A stretch of 64,000 bases of DNA, taken from contig DASWWS010000001.1 in assembly GCA_036405895.1 (NCBI GenBank), forward strand, positions 244,468-308,467, written 5' to 3'. The notes beneath the pieces were generated by a model. The model had not been told where the DNA came from, ran no database searches, and saw nothing but the letters and a program-made list of their open reading frames with translations. The DNA is from Minisyncoccota bacterium. Its GTDB lineage: Bacteria; Patescibacteriota; Minisyncoccia; Phycocordibacterales; UBA9973. Shown one piece after another: positions 25,921 through 35,317 of the stretch; position 1 is the first letter of the stretch; each line of letters begins with the position of its first letter. Both the position numbers and the translations under genes were made by a program.

Positions 25921-27634
25921 ATTCGTTTGTGCTGCGCTGTGAGTTGTATATTTGCACGTATTCAGGAGAGGTCGCCATCAATTGCGAATGGGTGCCTGTA
26001 GCCAGAAGCTCACCTTCCATCAAAAGGATAATTTTGTCGTAGTGCTCAATCGAGCCGATTTTTTGCGTCACAGAAATAAGGGTAAGGTCAGGATAGTTCT
26101 TCGCAACGTTGAGAAGTATGCGTGCTTCTGTTTGTGTGTCCACTCGAGCAGTAAAGTCGTCCAGAAGAAGCACGCTTGGGTTGATTGCAAGCGCGCGTGC
26201 AAGCATGATGCGCTGCTTCTGCCCGCCGGAGAGCGTGGTCCCGCGCTCTGAAACAATTGTGTCGAGCCCTTTTGCAAGGCTTTCGATAAAGTCCGCGAGT
26301 TCGGCAGTCTGTACTGCGCGCTCAAATGCAACATCTCCTTTTTCAGTACGCTCGGCATTAAATGCAATGTTTTCTTTTAATGTTGTATTAAAAAGAACGC
26401 TGTCTTGAAACACAAAGCCAATATGATTATGAAGCGTTGGCAGATCTATTTGTGAAATGTCTTTTCCGTCATAACGAATAGTTCCGCCCGTTTGGGTTGT
26501 GAGCGCGGTCAACAAATACAATAGCTGTGTCTTCCCTGCCGCCGTGGGCCCGATGATCGCCACCTTCTCCCCAGGGCGAATGTTGAAGGAAATGTTTTTC
26601 AACACCTCTTGCTCGCCATAGACCATTGAAACACCCGCGACCTCAAGCGCGCCGGTAAGGGGTGTTGTATCGGTTCCAGTGTGAGGAACAAGGGGCGTGT
26701 CCGTCACTTCAACAATGCGGGCAAAGGATGCGCTTGATTGCGCAATCATGGTGCCCACAAAACCAATCATGATGATAGGAAAAATAAGAATGCCGATATA
26801 GGTGTTGAATGCAGTAAATTCTCCGATTGTCATACTGTCGAGTATGACGTAGTGCCCGCCGAGCAATATCACCGCAAGTGTCGCCAGACTTGCAACAAGC
26901 GTAATGAGTGGAATTAATACGGAAAAGTGCGCAAGGATTTTAAGCCCCGTGTCGCGCGCATCGCTATTGGCGGAGAAAAACTTTTTCTCTTCAACGGTGC
27001 CTGCATTCAATACACGAATAAGCGCCGCACCTATGATGTTTTCATTGATAACCTTGTTAAGCTTGTCGATGACGGCTTGGCTTTTTGTGAAAAGGGGCTT
27101 TATTTTATTAAAGACTGCGGCAAACGCTATTCCAATGATCGGAATAATAGCTAATACAACAAGAGCAAGCTTCCAATTGATTGTAAAAAGCAAAATACTT
27201 GCCCCGAGAATAAGCACTACCGACGAGAGAAGTGTGGGGATGGCCTGAGAGATGAATACTTTTACGGCATCCGTGTCGCTTGTAATAGTGGTGAGAAGGC
27301 GGCTTGGAGTAAGCGCTTGAATAATAGAGAATGTTTGCTTCGAAAGCGTTGAAACAATATTCTCGCGCATGTCTTTTGCTACAAGCTCGCTGGCGCGCAC
27401 CTGCACTACTCCTTGGAAATAGGTAAAGACTGCTACAGCAATCGCTATAAGCGTAAACTGCACGAGTATTGGGGTCAATACCAGCGTCCCGGCTCCAAAC
27501 CGGTCGATGATTTTGGATATCAGCTGCGGAATGACAAGCGTAAGCGCATTACTAATAAGCGCGAAGAGTACCAACAGGAAGACGACTTTTTTATACTGCC
27601 CCAAGAGGCTAAAAATACTTTTTTGCGGATTCAT
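25904..27634 (-). CDS. ABC exporter subunit A (TMD+NBD) with degenerate site
   Basis: GPTAAGKT, LSGGQKQR, LLLDDFTARVD (D for catalytic E) and VTQK (Q for switch H), as in TM287/288-type heterodimers. Confidence 0.92.
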   Translation of the reverse strand: MNPQKSIFSLLGQYKKVVFLLVLFALISNALTLVIPQLISKIIDRFGAGTLVLTPILVQFTLIAIAVAVFTYFQGVVQVRASELVAKDMRENIVSTLSKQTFSIIQALTPSRLLTTITSDTDAVKVFISQAIPTLLSSVVLILGASILLFTINWKLALVVLAIIPIIGIAFAAVFNKIKPLFTKSQAVIDKLNKVINENIIGAALIRVLNAGTVEEKKFFSANSDARDTGLKILAHFSVLIPLITLVASLATLAVILLGGHYVILDSMTIGEFTAFNTYIGILIFPIIMIGFVGTMIAQSSASFARIVEVTDTPLVPHTGTDTTPLTGALEVAGVSMVYGEQEVLKNISFNIRPGEKVAIIGPTAAGKTQLLYLLTALTTQTGGTIRYDGKDISQIDLPTLHNHIGFVFQDSVLFNTTLKENIAFNAERTEKGDVAFERAVQTAELADFIESLAKGLDTIVSERGTTLSGGQKQRIMLARALAINPSVLLLDDFTARVDTQTEARILLNVAKNYPDLTLISVTQKIGSIEHYDKIILLMEGELLATGTHSQLMATSPEYVQIYNSQRSTNEYELHT

Positions 27635-27639
27635 AATTA

Positions 27640-28773
27640 CTATCGAACGTGTTCTAGTGCGATTTCAATCGCTTCTGCTGCAATCATTCGAGCAGCGTCT
27701 GGCTTGTGGAGGCTCTTTGCATGCTTTGCCATGACTTCATAGCGGTCTTTATGCTCGAGTATAAGGCGTATTTCGTTGACAAGAACGCTTCCGGTGAGGT
27801 TTGCCTGCTCAATCACTACGCATGCTCCGGTGCGCGCCATATGGTATGCATTTTTGCGCTGGTGGTCGCCGTGCGAATTGCTTGCAGGAATAGGGATGAT
27901 AATAGAAGGTTTGCCCCATGCTGCAATCTCAAAGAGGCTTGAGCCTGCGCGGGAAATAATAATGTCGGACGCTCCACCGAACATTTTGCTCTGTAAGTCG
28001 TTGAGGTATGGAAATACTTTGTAGCGCGTGCGCTTGACGCTGTCGCCCATGATGACGCTTGCATCGGTTTTCGTTTCTTCAAATGTCTTTGTTCCTGTCT
28101 GGTGAATGACCTGATAGTGCTCCAAGAGCTGTGGCAATACTGCAGTAATAGTGTCATTGATTACTTTTGCTCCGCTTGAGCCTCCGATAATGCCGATAGT
28201 CGGTACAGTAGAGTCCAGATCAAAGAACTCTTTCGAGCCTTCGGTTGCCGCGTACGAAACCGTCTTTCGAATCGGCTGCCCGGTGACGGAGACCTTTGCT
28301 TCATTAAAGTAGCTTGCCGCTTCTGGGTATGACAGAGCAATCTTGTGCGCGAATTTCCCTGACCACTTGTTTACGCGCCCTGGCACTGTATCGCTTTCGT
28401 GGATGATAACGGGGATGCGCAAAAGCTTTGCTGCAACCAAAACAGGAAATGCAGCATATCCGCCTTTGGAAATGACAACATCGGGATACAGGTTGAATAC
28501 TTTCATCAGTGCGTCAATAACGCCAAATCCTGTTTTAAAGATATCGATAAAGTTCTGGAATGAAAAATACACGCGCAATTTGCCCGCAGTGATAGGAATG
28601 TACTTGATGAACTGCTGTTCGAGCTCCCGCGCATTATACGGCGTGTCGGCCATATAGTAGAGCTTCATGTTAACGAGGCGTTCCTGGTCTGAAAGACGGT
28701 TGAGTTCTTCGGCAATGGCGATGAGTGGGTAAAAGTGCCCTCCAGTTCCCCCTCCTACTAATAGAATTTTCAT
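27640..28773 (-). CDS. murG: MurG glycosyltransferase
   Basis: GGGTGGHFYP, KGGYAAFP, IHESD..PG.VN, GGSSGA, SRAGS, HQRKNA. Confidence 0.95.
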   Translation of the reverse strand: MKILLVGGGTGGHFYPLIAIAEELNRLSDQERLVNMKLYYMADTPYNARELEQQFIKYIPITAGKLRVYFSFQNFIDIFKTGFGVIDALMKVFNLYPDVVISKGGYAAFPVLVAAKLLRIPVIIHESDTVPGRVNKWSGKFAHKIALSYPEAASYFNEAKVSVTGQPIRKTVSYAATEGSKEFFDLDSTVPTIGIIGGSSGAKVINDTITAVLPQLLEHYQVIHQTGTKTFEETKTDASVIMGDSVKRTRYKVFPYLNDLQSKMFGGASDIIISRAGSSLFEIAAWGKPSIIIPIPASNSHGDHQRKNAYHMARTGACVVIEQANLTGSVLVNEIRLILEHKDRYEVMAKHAKSLHKPDAARMIAAEAIEIALEHVR

Positions 28774-28784
28774 AATGCCCTATT

Positions 28785-29897
28785 TTACACCTTTTTGGGA
28801 TATCTTGAAACGTTGAGAATAATGCCGGCAGCCGCCAATGCAATAAACAAGGATGTTCCTCCATGGGAGACAAAAACAAGCGGTACGCCGGTCAATGGGA
28901 AGAGTCCCACAAGGGAGAGGATGTTCAAGAATGACTGGGCAGTAAGCAGTGTCACAAGCCCTACGACAATATATTGCCCAAAACTGTCTGATGCATTCTG
29001 TGCAATCTTAAATCCCCTGATTGCGAGGAAAACATAGAGAATCACGAGAATAGTGCTTCCCAAGAATCCGAATTCTTCGCCAATGACAGCAAAGATCGAG
29101 TCGCCTTGCGGCTCCGGCAAATAATTGAACTTCTGCACGCTCTGCCCTAGCCCACGACCAAATGCTCCCCCGCTTCCAATAGCGATAAGTCCTTGCTGGA
29201 GCTGATACGATGAACCCCGCGGGTCGGTGCTCGGGTTGAGGTATGTTTTGATGCGGTCCATCACATACGGGCGGACAAATGCCAAGACCGTAATGCAGAG
29301 GACTCCGGCGAGGATAATCCCCACCACTTTTTTCCACGACACCCCGGAAACAAAGAGCATTCCGCACGCAGCGGCAGTGATAAGAATAAGGCTTTTGGTG
29401 TCCGGCTGGCGCAAAAGGGTGACCGCAACAATGCCAAGCATAATCATCAAGGGTGCAACCTTGTATTTAAATTCTTCCTGCTTCTTGCGAGTCCACGCAA
29501 GCCATGCGGCAAAGTAAATAACAAAGCCGATTTTCAAAAGCTCGGCCGGCTGAAATGATACGGGGCCAAGCGAAATCCAGCGGCGTGCTCCGCCGTGCGA
29601 AAAGCCAAGGCCTGGGACAAATACTGCCACTGTTAATAATAAGGTGCCGATAAATATAAAAAAAGCATTTCTGCGCCAAAAGTGGTACGGAATGTGCGCT
29701 GTCAGCCACAGTGCACCAAGCCCTCCTATGAAGCCAAGTACGATTTGATTGAACAATACGCCGTAGAACTTGTCTTGATTGCGCGCCAATACGCCTAAGC
29801 TTGCGGAAACAAATGCAAAAAGGCCGATGACCGTAATCAACAGGACGATAAAAAAGAAATAGCGGTCGAAGGCCCCAGGTTTAACGATCTTTGCCAT
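28785..29897 (-). CDS. ftsW: SEDS peptidoglycan polymerase FtsW
   Basis: GARRWI, FQPAELLK, YQLQQGLIAIGSGG, LPEPQGDSIFAVIGEEFG, PLTGVPLVFVSHGGTS; lies between mraY and murG. Confidence 0.9.
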   Translation of the reverse strand: MAKIVKPGAFDRYFFFIVLLITVIGLFAFVSASLGVLARNQDKFYGVLFNQIVLGFIGGLGALWLTAHIPYHFWRRNAFFIFIGTLLLTVAVFVPGLGFSHGGARRWISLGPVSFQPAELLKIGFVIYFAAWLAWTRKKQEEFKYKVAPLMIMLGIVAVTLLRQPDTKSLILITAAACGMLFVSGVSWKKVVGIILAGVLCITVLAFVRPYVMDRIKTYLNPSTDPRGSSYQLQQGLIAIGSGGAFGRGLGQSVQKFNYLPEPQGDSIFAVIGEEFGFLGSTILVILYVFLAIRGFKIAQNASDSFGQYIVVGLVTLLTAQSFLNILSLVGLFPLTGVPLVFVSHGGTSLFIALAAAGIILNVSRYPKKV

Positions 29898-29898
29898 A

Positions 29899-30972
29899 CT
29901 ATTTGCTGATAAGCGCAATAACTACGCCGACAAGCGCGCAAATAATAGAGACGACCCAATAGCGCATGACCACCTTCTCTCGAGACCAGCCGAGAGCCCG
30001 GAAGTGGTGGTGCAACGGTGCAATTTTAAATACCCGGCGTTTGCCGAAATATTTATAGCTCACAATTTGAATCAATGATGATGCGCTCGATACTGCAAGC
30101 GGAAAGGCAATAAGAGGGAGCAAAAGCACTGTGTCGGTCAAAAATGCGATAACGGTCAATACAACAAGTAACCCCATCATCCCCGTTTCCCCCATGTAGA
30201 AGCGCGCAGGCGGAACATTGAACCACAGAAATGCGAGAATGCCTCCGGAAATTACTCCGCACAATGCAGCAATATCAATCTGGTTTTGCCCGTAGGCAAT
30301 GATTGCATAGGACGCGAAAATAATCGCAAGAACTCCGCCTGCAAGGCCATCGAGCCCGTCAATCACGCCTCCGGAGAATACTGCGATCATAATGAATATG
30401 AAAAACGGAATAAAGAACATGCCGAGATACAAAGGTACCGCACTAAAGGGCACCGCAATACTCGTGACGCCGAGCTTTGTATAAAACCACGCGCCAATGG
30501 CTGCACCGGCCAGAACAATCAGCCCGATTTTAAAATAGCGAAACCAAATATCCTTGTCACTCTTCCCCACTGCATCGTTTGCGCCATTGATTTGCAGAAT
30601 GTCATCAATGAGTCCAAGCAAGCTTCCCAAGAGCAAGCTTGCAAGCGGTACCCATGTCTGGCTTTTGCTGAAAAAGTCGAGCTTTGCCGAAAGGTCAGAG
30701 GGCCAAATGCGCGAAATCGCCCACATAAGCCCCACGCATACGAGCACTGAAAGCCAAATGATAATTCCTCCCACGCGTGGCGTAGAAAGCTCTTCAGAGC
30801 TGTTATGTACTTTGGCAAACTCAGTGTTCGTAATAGAAGCATGCTCGGCGCGCGCGCTTTTCTTCCAGAGCTTGCGCGCGTACATAATAGCGGTGAGGCG
30901 CGGGGTAAGCGCGATGCCGATAATGAAGGCAAGTGCTGTGGGGAGGAAAATTTTGATGACGTTGATATCCAT
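29899..30972 (-). CDS. mraY: Phospho-N-acetylmuramoyl-pentapeptide transferase
   Basis: TPRVGG, GLIDD, IDGLDGLAGG, PARFYMGETG, APLHHHF. Confidence 0.94.
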   Translation of the reverse strand: MDINVIKIFLPTALAFIIGIALTPRLTAIMYARKLWKKSARAEHASITNTEFAKVHNSSEELSTPRVGGIIIWLSVLVCVGLMWAISRIWPSDLSAKLDFFSKSQTWVPLASLLLGSLLGLIDDILQINGANDAVGKSDKDIWFRYFKIGLIVLAGAAIGAWFYTKLGVTSIAVPFSAVPLYLGMFFIPFFIFIMIAVFSGGVIDGLDGLAGGVLAIIFASYAIIAYGQNQIDIAALCGVISGGILAFLWFNVPPARFYMGETGMMGLLVVLTVIAFLTDTVLLLPLIAFPLAVSSASSLIQIVSYKYFGKRRVFKIAPLHHHFRALGWSREKVVMRYWVVSIICALVGVVIALISK

Positions 30973-30987
30973 AATTATTCTCAAAAA

Positions 30988-31518
30988 TTATTCTACAGCG
31001 TTGGTTGCGAGCAATGTTTCTATCTTTGCTTTCACTTCATCAAATTGCGGAAGTTCTGCCGTATTTTGGGCGCCGAAGTGTTCAAGAAGGGCAAGTGTAG
31101 GATAGTATGCAACTCCGCGCCCCATACTCTTTGTTTCTATCAGTCCTCGCATTGAAAGTGCGCGAATAGAATACGACGCATTTACTCCACGAATCAGTTC
31201 AATCTCTGCTTTTGTCGCACCCGGGCGGTAGACAACAATAGCCAATGTTTCTGCGCTTGCCTTAGACAGCTCTTTTGAAAGCTCTTCTTTGCGAATTGAT
31301 TCGAGGAGTGCGCCATGCTCCGGGCGAGTCGCCAAGATAACGTGGTTTCCCTCTCGCACGAGCATGATTCCCTGCCCTTCTAATCCAACAGACAGATTCT
31401 GCAGTGCTGCTTCAACCTCCTCAATACTTACCGAAAGAAGCGCTGAAAGACTTGCAACTGTATAGCTGTCAGCTGTTGCAAAAAGGAGTGCATGGAGTGT
31501 TTGAGCTGTTGGTGTCAT
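30988..31518 (-). CDS. scpB: Segregation and condensation protein B
   Basis: LSKASAETLAIVVYRPGATKAEIELIRGVN. Confidence 0.92.
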   Translation of the reverse strand: MTPTAQTLHALLFATADSYTVASLSALLSVSIEEVEAALQNLSVGLEGQGIMLVREGNHVILATRPEHGALLESIRKEELSKELSKASAETLAIVVYRPGATKAEIELIRGVNASYSIRALSMRGLIETKSMGRGVAYYPTLALLEHFGAQNTAELPQFDEVKAKIETLLATNAVE

Positions 31519-32303
31519 TATAGTGTTTCGTCTAGAGATTCATCGGTAAGAGTTTTTTCCTCCGCTTTCGCGAGGGTGATGTCGTGAAAAAGTTCGTTTT
31601 GTTCAGCGGCCAAAAGTCCTCGTCGTACGAGCTCAAGCATACCAAGAAATGATACAATCGTATACACTTTTTGACTTTTATCGTCTTCGTCGGGCGAATG
31701 TACTCGCACACTGTTGAAGGAAACGGTGCCATTGATGTTCTCAAGGGCACGCTCAATGCGTTCAGTAAGCGTATTGAGGACTTCGCTGATAGAGATTGTT
31801 TTAAATACGCGAGCCTCAGGCTTCTTTGGCGCTTCAACTGGTGCACGCTTCACGGCTCCCAGAATTAGTTCTGCCAAGTCGCCGAGTGCAAGCTTTGTGT
31901 CTGGTGCAAATACAGGAGTATTGCCCGTGCGGCGCACGCCTTCAAATGACACTTTCTTTCCGTACGCACGCGTCAATTCTCCTGAAACTTGGGAGATAAT
32001 CTGGTAGAGCGCTACGCGGCGTTCAAGGTCGCTGATGGACTCTGTTTCCTCTGTAGTGAGTTCGAGATTTGGCAAGAGCGACCGCGCTTTGATAAGAATA
32101 AGCGTTGCGGCAACAGCGAGGAAGTTTGCCGTTTCGTCCGGATGCATGCCGCGATTTTGCATGTAGCTGATGAACTCTTCGGTGACAGAGCCAAGGGACA
32201 CATCGTTTACAAAAAGCTTTCGTTTTTCAATCAGATCCAAAAGCACTTCGATAGGTCCTTCAAAGTGTTCATGCTTAACGGTAAATGTTGTTTCTGTTTC
32301 CAT
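31518..32303 (-). CDS. scpA: Segregation and condensation protein A
   Basis: FEGPIEVLLDLIEKRK, FLAVAATLILIKARSLLP, FLGMLEL. Confidence 0.92.
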   Translation of the reverse strand: METETTFTVKHEHFEGPIEVLLDLIEKRKLFVNDVSLGSVTEEFISYMQNRGMHPDETANFLAVAATLILIKARSLLPNLELTTEETESISDLERRVALYQIISQVSGELTRAYGKKVSFEGVRRTGNTPVFAPDTKLALGDLAELILGAVKRAPVEAPKKPEARVFKTISISEVLNTLTERIERALENINGTVSFNSVRVHSPDEDDKSQKVYTIVSFLGMLELVRRGLLAAEQNELFHDITLAKAEEKTLTDESLDETL

Positions 32304-32304
32304 A

Positions 32305-33414
32305 TTATTTTTCTTGTATCGCGGACTTTATTTTTTCCGCCATGATTTGGCTATAGCTTTTGCTTACTCCATTTACATATTCGTCTTTACCAACGCTCGT
32401 GTCTTCAATATTCTCTCCAAAAATTTTTGCCGCCACTTCAAGCGCAAGCGCTGCATCCTTTTCTGAATACCCGTGCATCACGATTTGGTCGTTGAGCTTG
32501 CTTCCTTGCTCGGTAAGGTCTTGAAATATTTTTACCCCTCCATTATACCCTTCTGCCTGCAATGCCACCATAAACGCTTTTAACTGCTCCGGGCGAAATG
32601 CATTTAAGTCTTTTAAAGAAAGATAAGACTTGTAGGTTTCAGGGGTTTTGTCATCGGTGCCTTCATTGATTGAGAAAAAGAGCCAGCTGTTTGAATCCTT
32701 TGTTCCAGAGAGGACTCTTACCCGCTCAGAAATATAGCGCTCTTGCTGGGGCTTCTCGGCGAGCTGCATCATCTCGTGGGAGAAACGGGCAAATGCACGC
32801 TCAGTTTCTTCTGAGATGCTGCCTCTTCGCTCTCTCATGCCCGCAAGGACTTCATCCACTGACTGCGCTGTGCGTTGCCACGGCTGTACACGCAGCTGAG
32901 TGTCATCAATTGCCAGATACTGCTCAATTGCAAAGTCTGCGTACTCTTCGCGGGAAAGCGTTGAGAGGTCAATGCCCTTTTGCACCGCAATGCGAGCAAG
33001 CTCATAGCTCGCAACCCAACCCCCAAGCGTTTTTCTTCGCAGAATTTCTTCCGGCGTAAGCGGTGCTTCAATAGTTTCTCTGACGGATTCCGCTCTCATT
33101 TCTTGTACAGGTTCACTCTCTATTGTTTCTACTTGAGGAATTTCTATACCCAATTCTTTTTTCAGTGCATCAATTTTTTCTTGATCTTCTCGTTTCCGCT
33201 GTTCTATTTCCGGAGAGTCTGGTGCGGCGATTGTTTCTTGCGGCAGTGTTTCTTCTACAAAAGGAGTTGGTTGTTCAAACTGCGCGAGACGTTCTTCTAC
33301 AGGAGTGCGGAATGCAGGCCCGAGACCCTGTAATACAAATTCTTTATCTTCTCCATTTTGAATACGTTCCACGTATTCATTGATTTTTTGTTCTGCTCCC
33401 GGGAGATGCTCCAT
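32305..33414 (-). CDS. Hypothetical protein: acidic low-complexity N-terminus plus globular C-terminal domain
   Basis: 369-aa ORF abutting scpA. Confidence 0.8.
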   Translation of the reverse strand: MEHLPGAEQKINEYVERIQNGEDKEFVLQGLGPAFRTPVEERLAQFEQPTPFVEETLPQETIAAPDSPEIEQRKREDQEKIDALKKELGIEIPQVETIESEPVQEMRAESVRETIEAPLTPEEILRRKTLGGWVASYELARIAVQKGIDLSTLSREEYADFAIEQYLAIDDTQLRVQPWQRTAQSVDEVLAGMRERRGSISEETERAFARFSHEMMQLAEKPQQERYISERVRVLSGTKDSNSWLFFSINEGTDDKTPETYKSYLSLKDLNAFRPEQLKAFMVALQAEGYNGGVKIFQDLTEQGSKLNDQIVMHGYSEKDAALALEVAAKIFGENIEDTSVGKDEYVNGVSKSYSQIMAEKIKSAIQEK

Positions 33415-33481
33415 ATACAGCTCCCAGTATATCGTTTTAAACCCTTAAAACCAAAAGAACCCGGCGAAGGTTCTTTATTGA

Positions 33482-34903
33482 TTATGCTTTTGGTTTCTTA
33501 AGGACAATGTTCAGTTCGTCGAGCTGTTTGTCGGAAACAGCGGCTGGAGACTCCATCATCGGATCACGGCCTTCGCCAGTCTTTGGAAATGGAATCACTT
33601 CGCGGATGTTCGGCTCGTTTTGCATCAGCATCATAAAGCGGTCGAGCCCCCATGCAATACCACCGTGCGGAGGAGTACCGAGCTTGAATGCAGCCAGCAT
33701 GTGCCCGAACTGTTCATTAATAGTCTCTTCATCGTGGCCCAATACTTCGAACACTTTTGCAAGCGCTTCATAGTTGTGGTTTCTGATAGATCCGCCGCCT
33801 ATTTCAAAGCCGTTGAGAATAATATCGTACTGGGTGGTGAGAATGTCGCCAATATCCTTTTTCTCCATAAGGTTAGACATGTGGGACTCTATCGGGCGAG
33901 AAAACGGATTGTGGCTGTAGGTCCATGTACCTTTTGCGTTAGGATCATCGCTTGTTTCGGTTGACTCGAAAAATGGAAAATCAATTACCCATGCAAATGC
34001 CAAAAGGTTAGGGTCTTCTTTGTCTTCACGGATGTCCGGGCGGTCATTGCCGTACTTGGACATTGCTTCCTTGTATGTAATGCGAGGAAATGGAATTTGC
34101 TGAATACGCTTCTCGGGATACAGCTCCGTTACCATTTTTATAAGCAATGCTTCATTAACCGCCATGACGTCATCGCGCTCCACGAAGCTCATCTCCATAT
34201 CAAGCTGTGTAAACTCCGGCTGGCGGTCTCCGCGCGAGTCTTCGTCGCGCATGCATCGCGCAATTTGGAAGTAGCGCTCAACACCTGCGGTCATCAAGAG
34301 CTGCTTGTACTGCTGAGGAGACTGCGGGAGTGCGTAGAATGTTCCCGGGTACAGGCGCGCTGGCACGATGTAGTCGCGTGAGCCTTCAGGAGTACTCTTG
34401 GTGAGCATTGGTGTTTCCACTTCAATAAATTTCTCTTCGTGGAGGAAGTTTCGGATATAGCTGATGACTTTATCGCGCGCGCGAATGTTTGTTTGCATGC
34501 GAGCAGAACGCAAGTCGAGATATCGGTGGCGCAAGCGAACTTCTTCATTTACTTCTTTGGTATCCACGTTTATTTCAAACGGCAATGGTTCCGCATGGTT
34601 CAAAATAGTAATAGCAGTGATCTCAAGTTCGATGTCGCCGTTTACTTTGCCTTCAACAACGTTTCGGTCTGGGCGCTTGTTTACGATTCCTTCTACCATC
34701 ACCACGCTTTCAGGGCGGGTGGTTTTTGCAACTTCGATTACTTCGGGGCGGTTTGGCAGCACGACACCTTGGATCATGCCGGTCATGTCGCGGAAATCAA
34801 AAAAGACCATTTTTCCCTGGTCTCGACGCACGTCCACCCATCCTTTAATTAAAATAGTCTCTCCCGCCTTGCCGCTCGCCTCTCCAATGTATGTTCGTTC
34901 CAT
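33482..34903 (-). CDS. aspS: Aspartate-tRNA ligase, short form lacking the GAD insertion
   Basis: STPEGSRDY, LPQSPQQYKQLLM, DRQPEFTQLDMEMSF, PPHGGIAWGLDR; only 473 aa. Confidence 0.95.
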   Translation of the reverse strand: MERTYIGEASGKAGETILIKGWVDVRRDQGKMVFFDFRDMTGMIQGVVLPNRPEVIEVAKTTRPESVVMVEGIVNKRPDRNVVEGKVNGDIELEITAITILNHAEPLPFEINVDTKEVNEEVRLRHRYLDLRSARMQTNIRARDKVISYIRNFLHEEKFIEVETPMLTKSTPEGSRDYIVPARLYPGTFYALPQSPQQYKQLLMTAGVERYFQIARCMRDEDSRGDRQPEFTQLDMEMSFVERDDVMAVNEALLIKMVTELYPEKRIQQIPFPRITYKEAMSKYGNDRPDIREDKEDPNLLAFAWVIDFPFFESTETSDDPNAKGTWTYSHNPFSRPIESHMSNLMEKKDIGDILTTQYDIILNGFEIGGGSIRNHNYEALAKVFEVLGHDEETINEQFGHMLAAFKLGTPPHGGIAWGLDRFMMLMQNEPNIREVIPFPKTGEGRDPMMESPAAVSDKQLDELNIVLKKPKA

Positions 34904-34965
34904 AATTCCCCCATTCTACTAGAAAAACGTCAATAAAAAAAGCCCCGTGGAGAGGGGCTTGTGTA

Positions 34966-35244
34966 TCATTCGCCGGTTGTAATAAATCGCGCTTCTTCCT
35001 CGCCAAAGCGAGTCGCAAGCAATTCTTGTACGCGGGAAACCTTTTCCCAGTCATAGGCATGGCGCTCTTGGGGAAATTGCTCTGTAGTAAAATAAATAGT
35101 CTCACCATTTCCGTTCTCTCCCGAAAACAGTTCTTTGACGGTAGCTTTTCCGCCGCTGCGCGGTTCCTCCCTCGATAGTACGGGAGGAACATAGATCGAG
35201 TCGCCTACCCGGAGGCGCTTCAATTCGAGTCCGTGGTTGCTCAT
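34966..35244 (-). CDS. Hypothetical protein
   Basis: ~92-aa ORF flanked by hairpin terminators at ~34935-34960 and ~35289-35315. Confidence 0.65.
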   Translation of the reverse strand: MSNHGLELKRLRVGDSIYVPPVLSREEPRSGGKATVKELFSGENGNGETIYFTTEQFPQERHAYDWEKVSRVQELLATRFGEEEARFITTGE

Positions 35245-35317
35245 AATCAAGGGGTTTTATTTTAAGAATAGAGCATTTTGGGAAAATAAAAAAGCCCGGA
35301 ATTGTTCCGGGCTTGCT

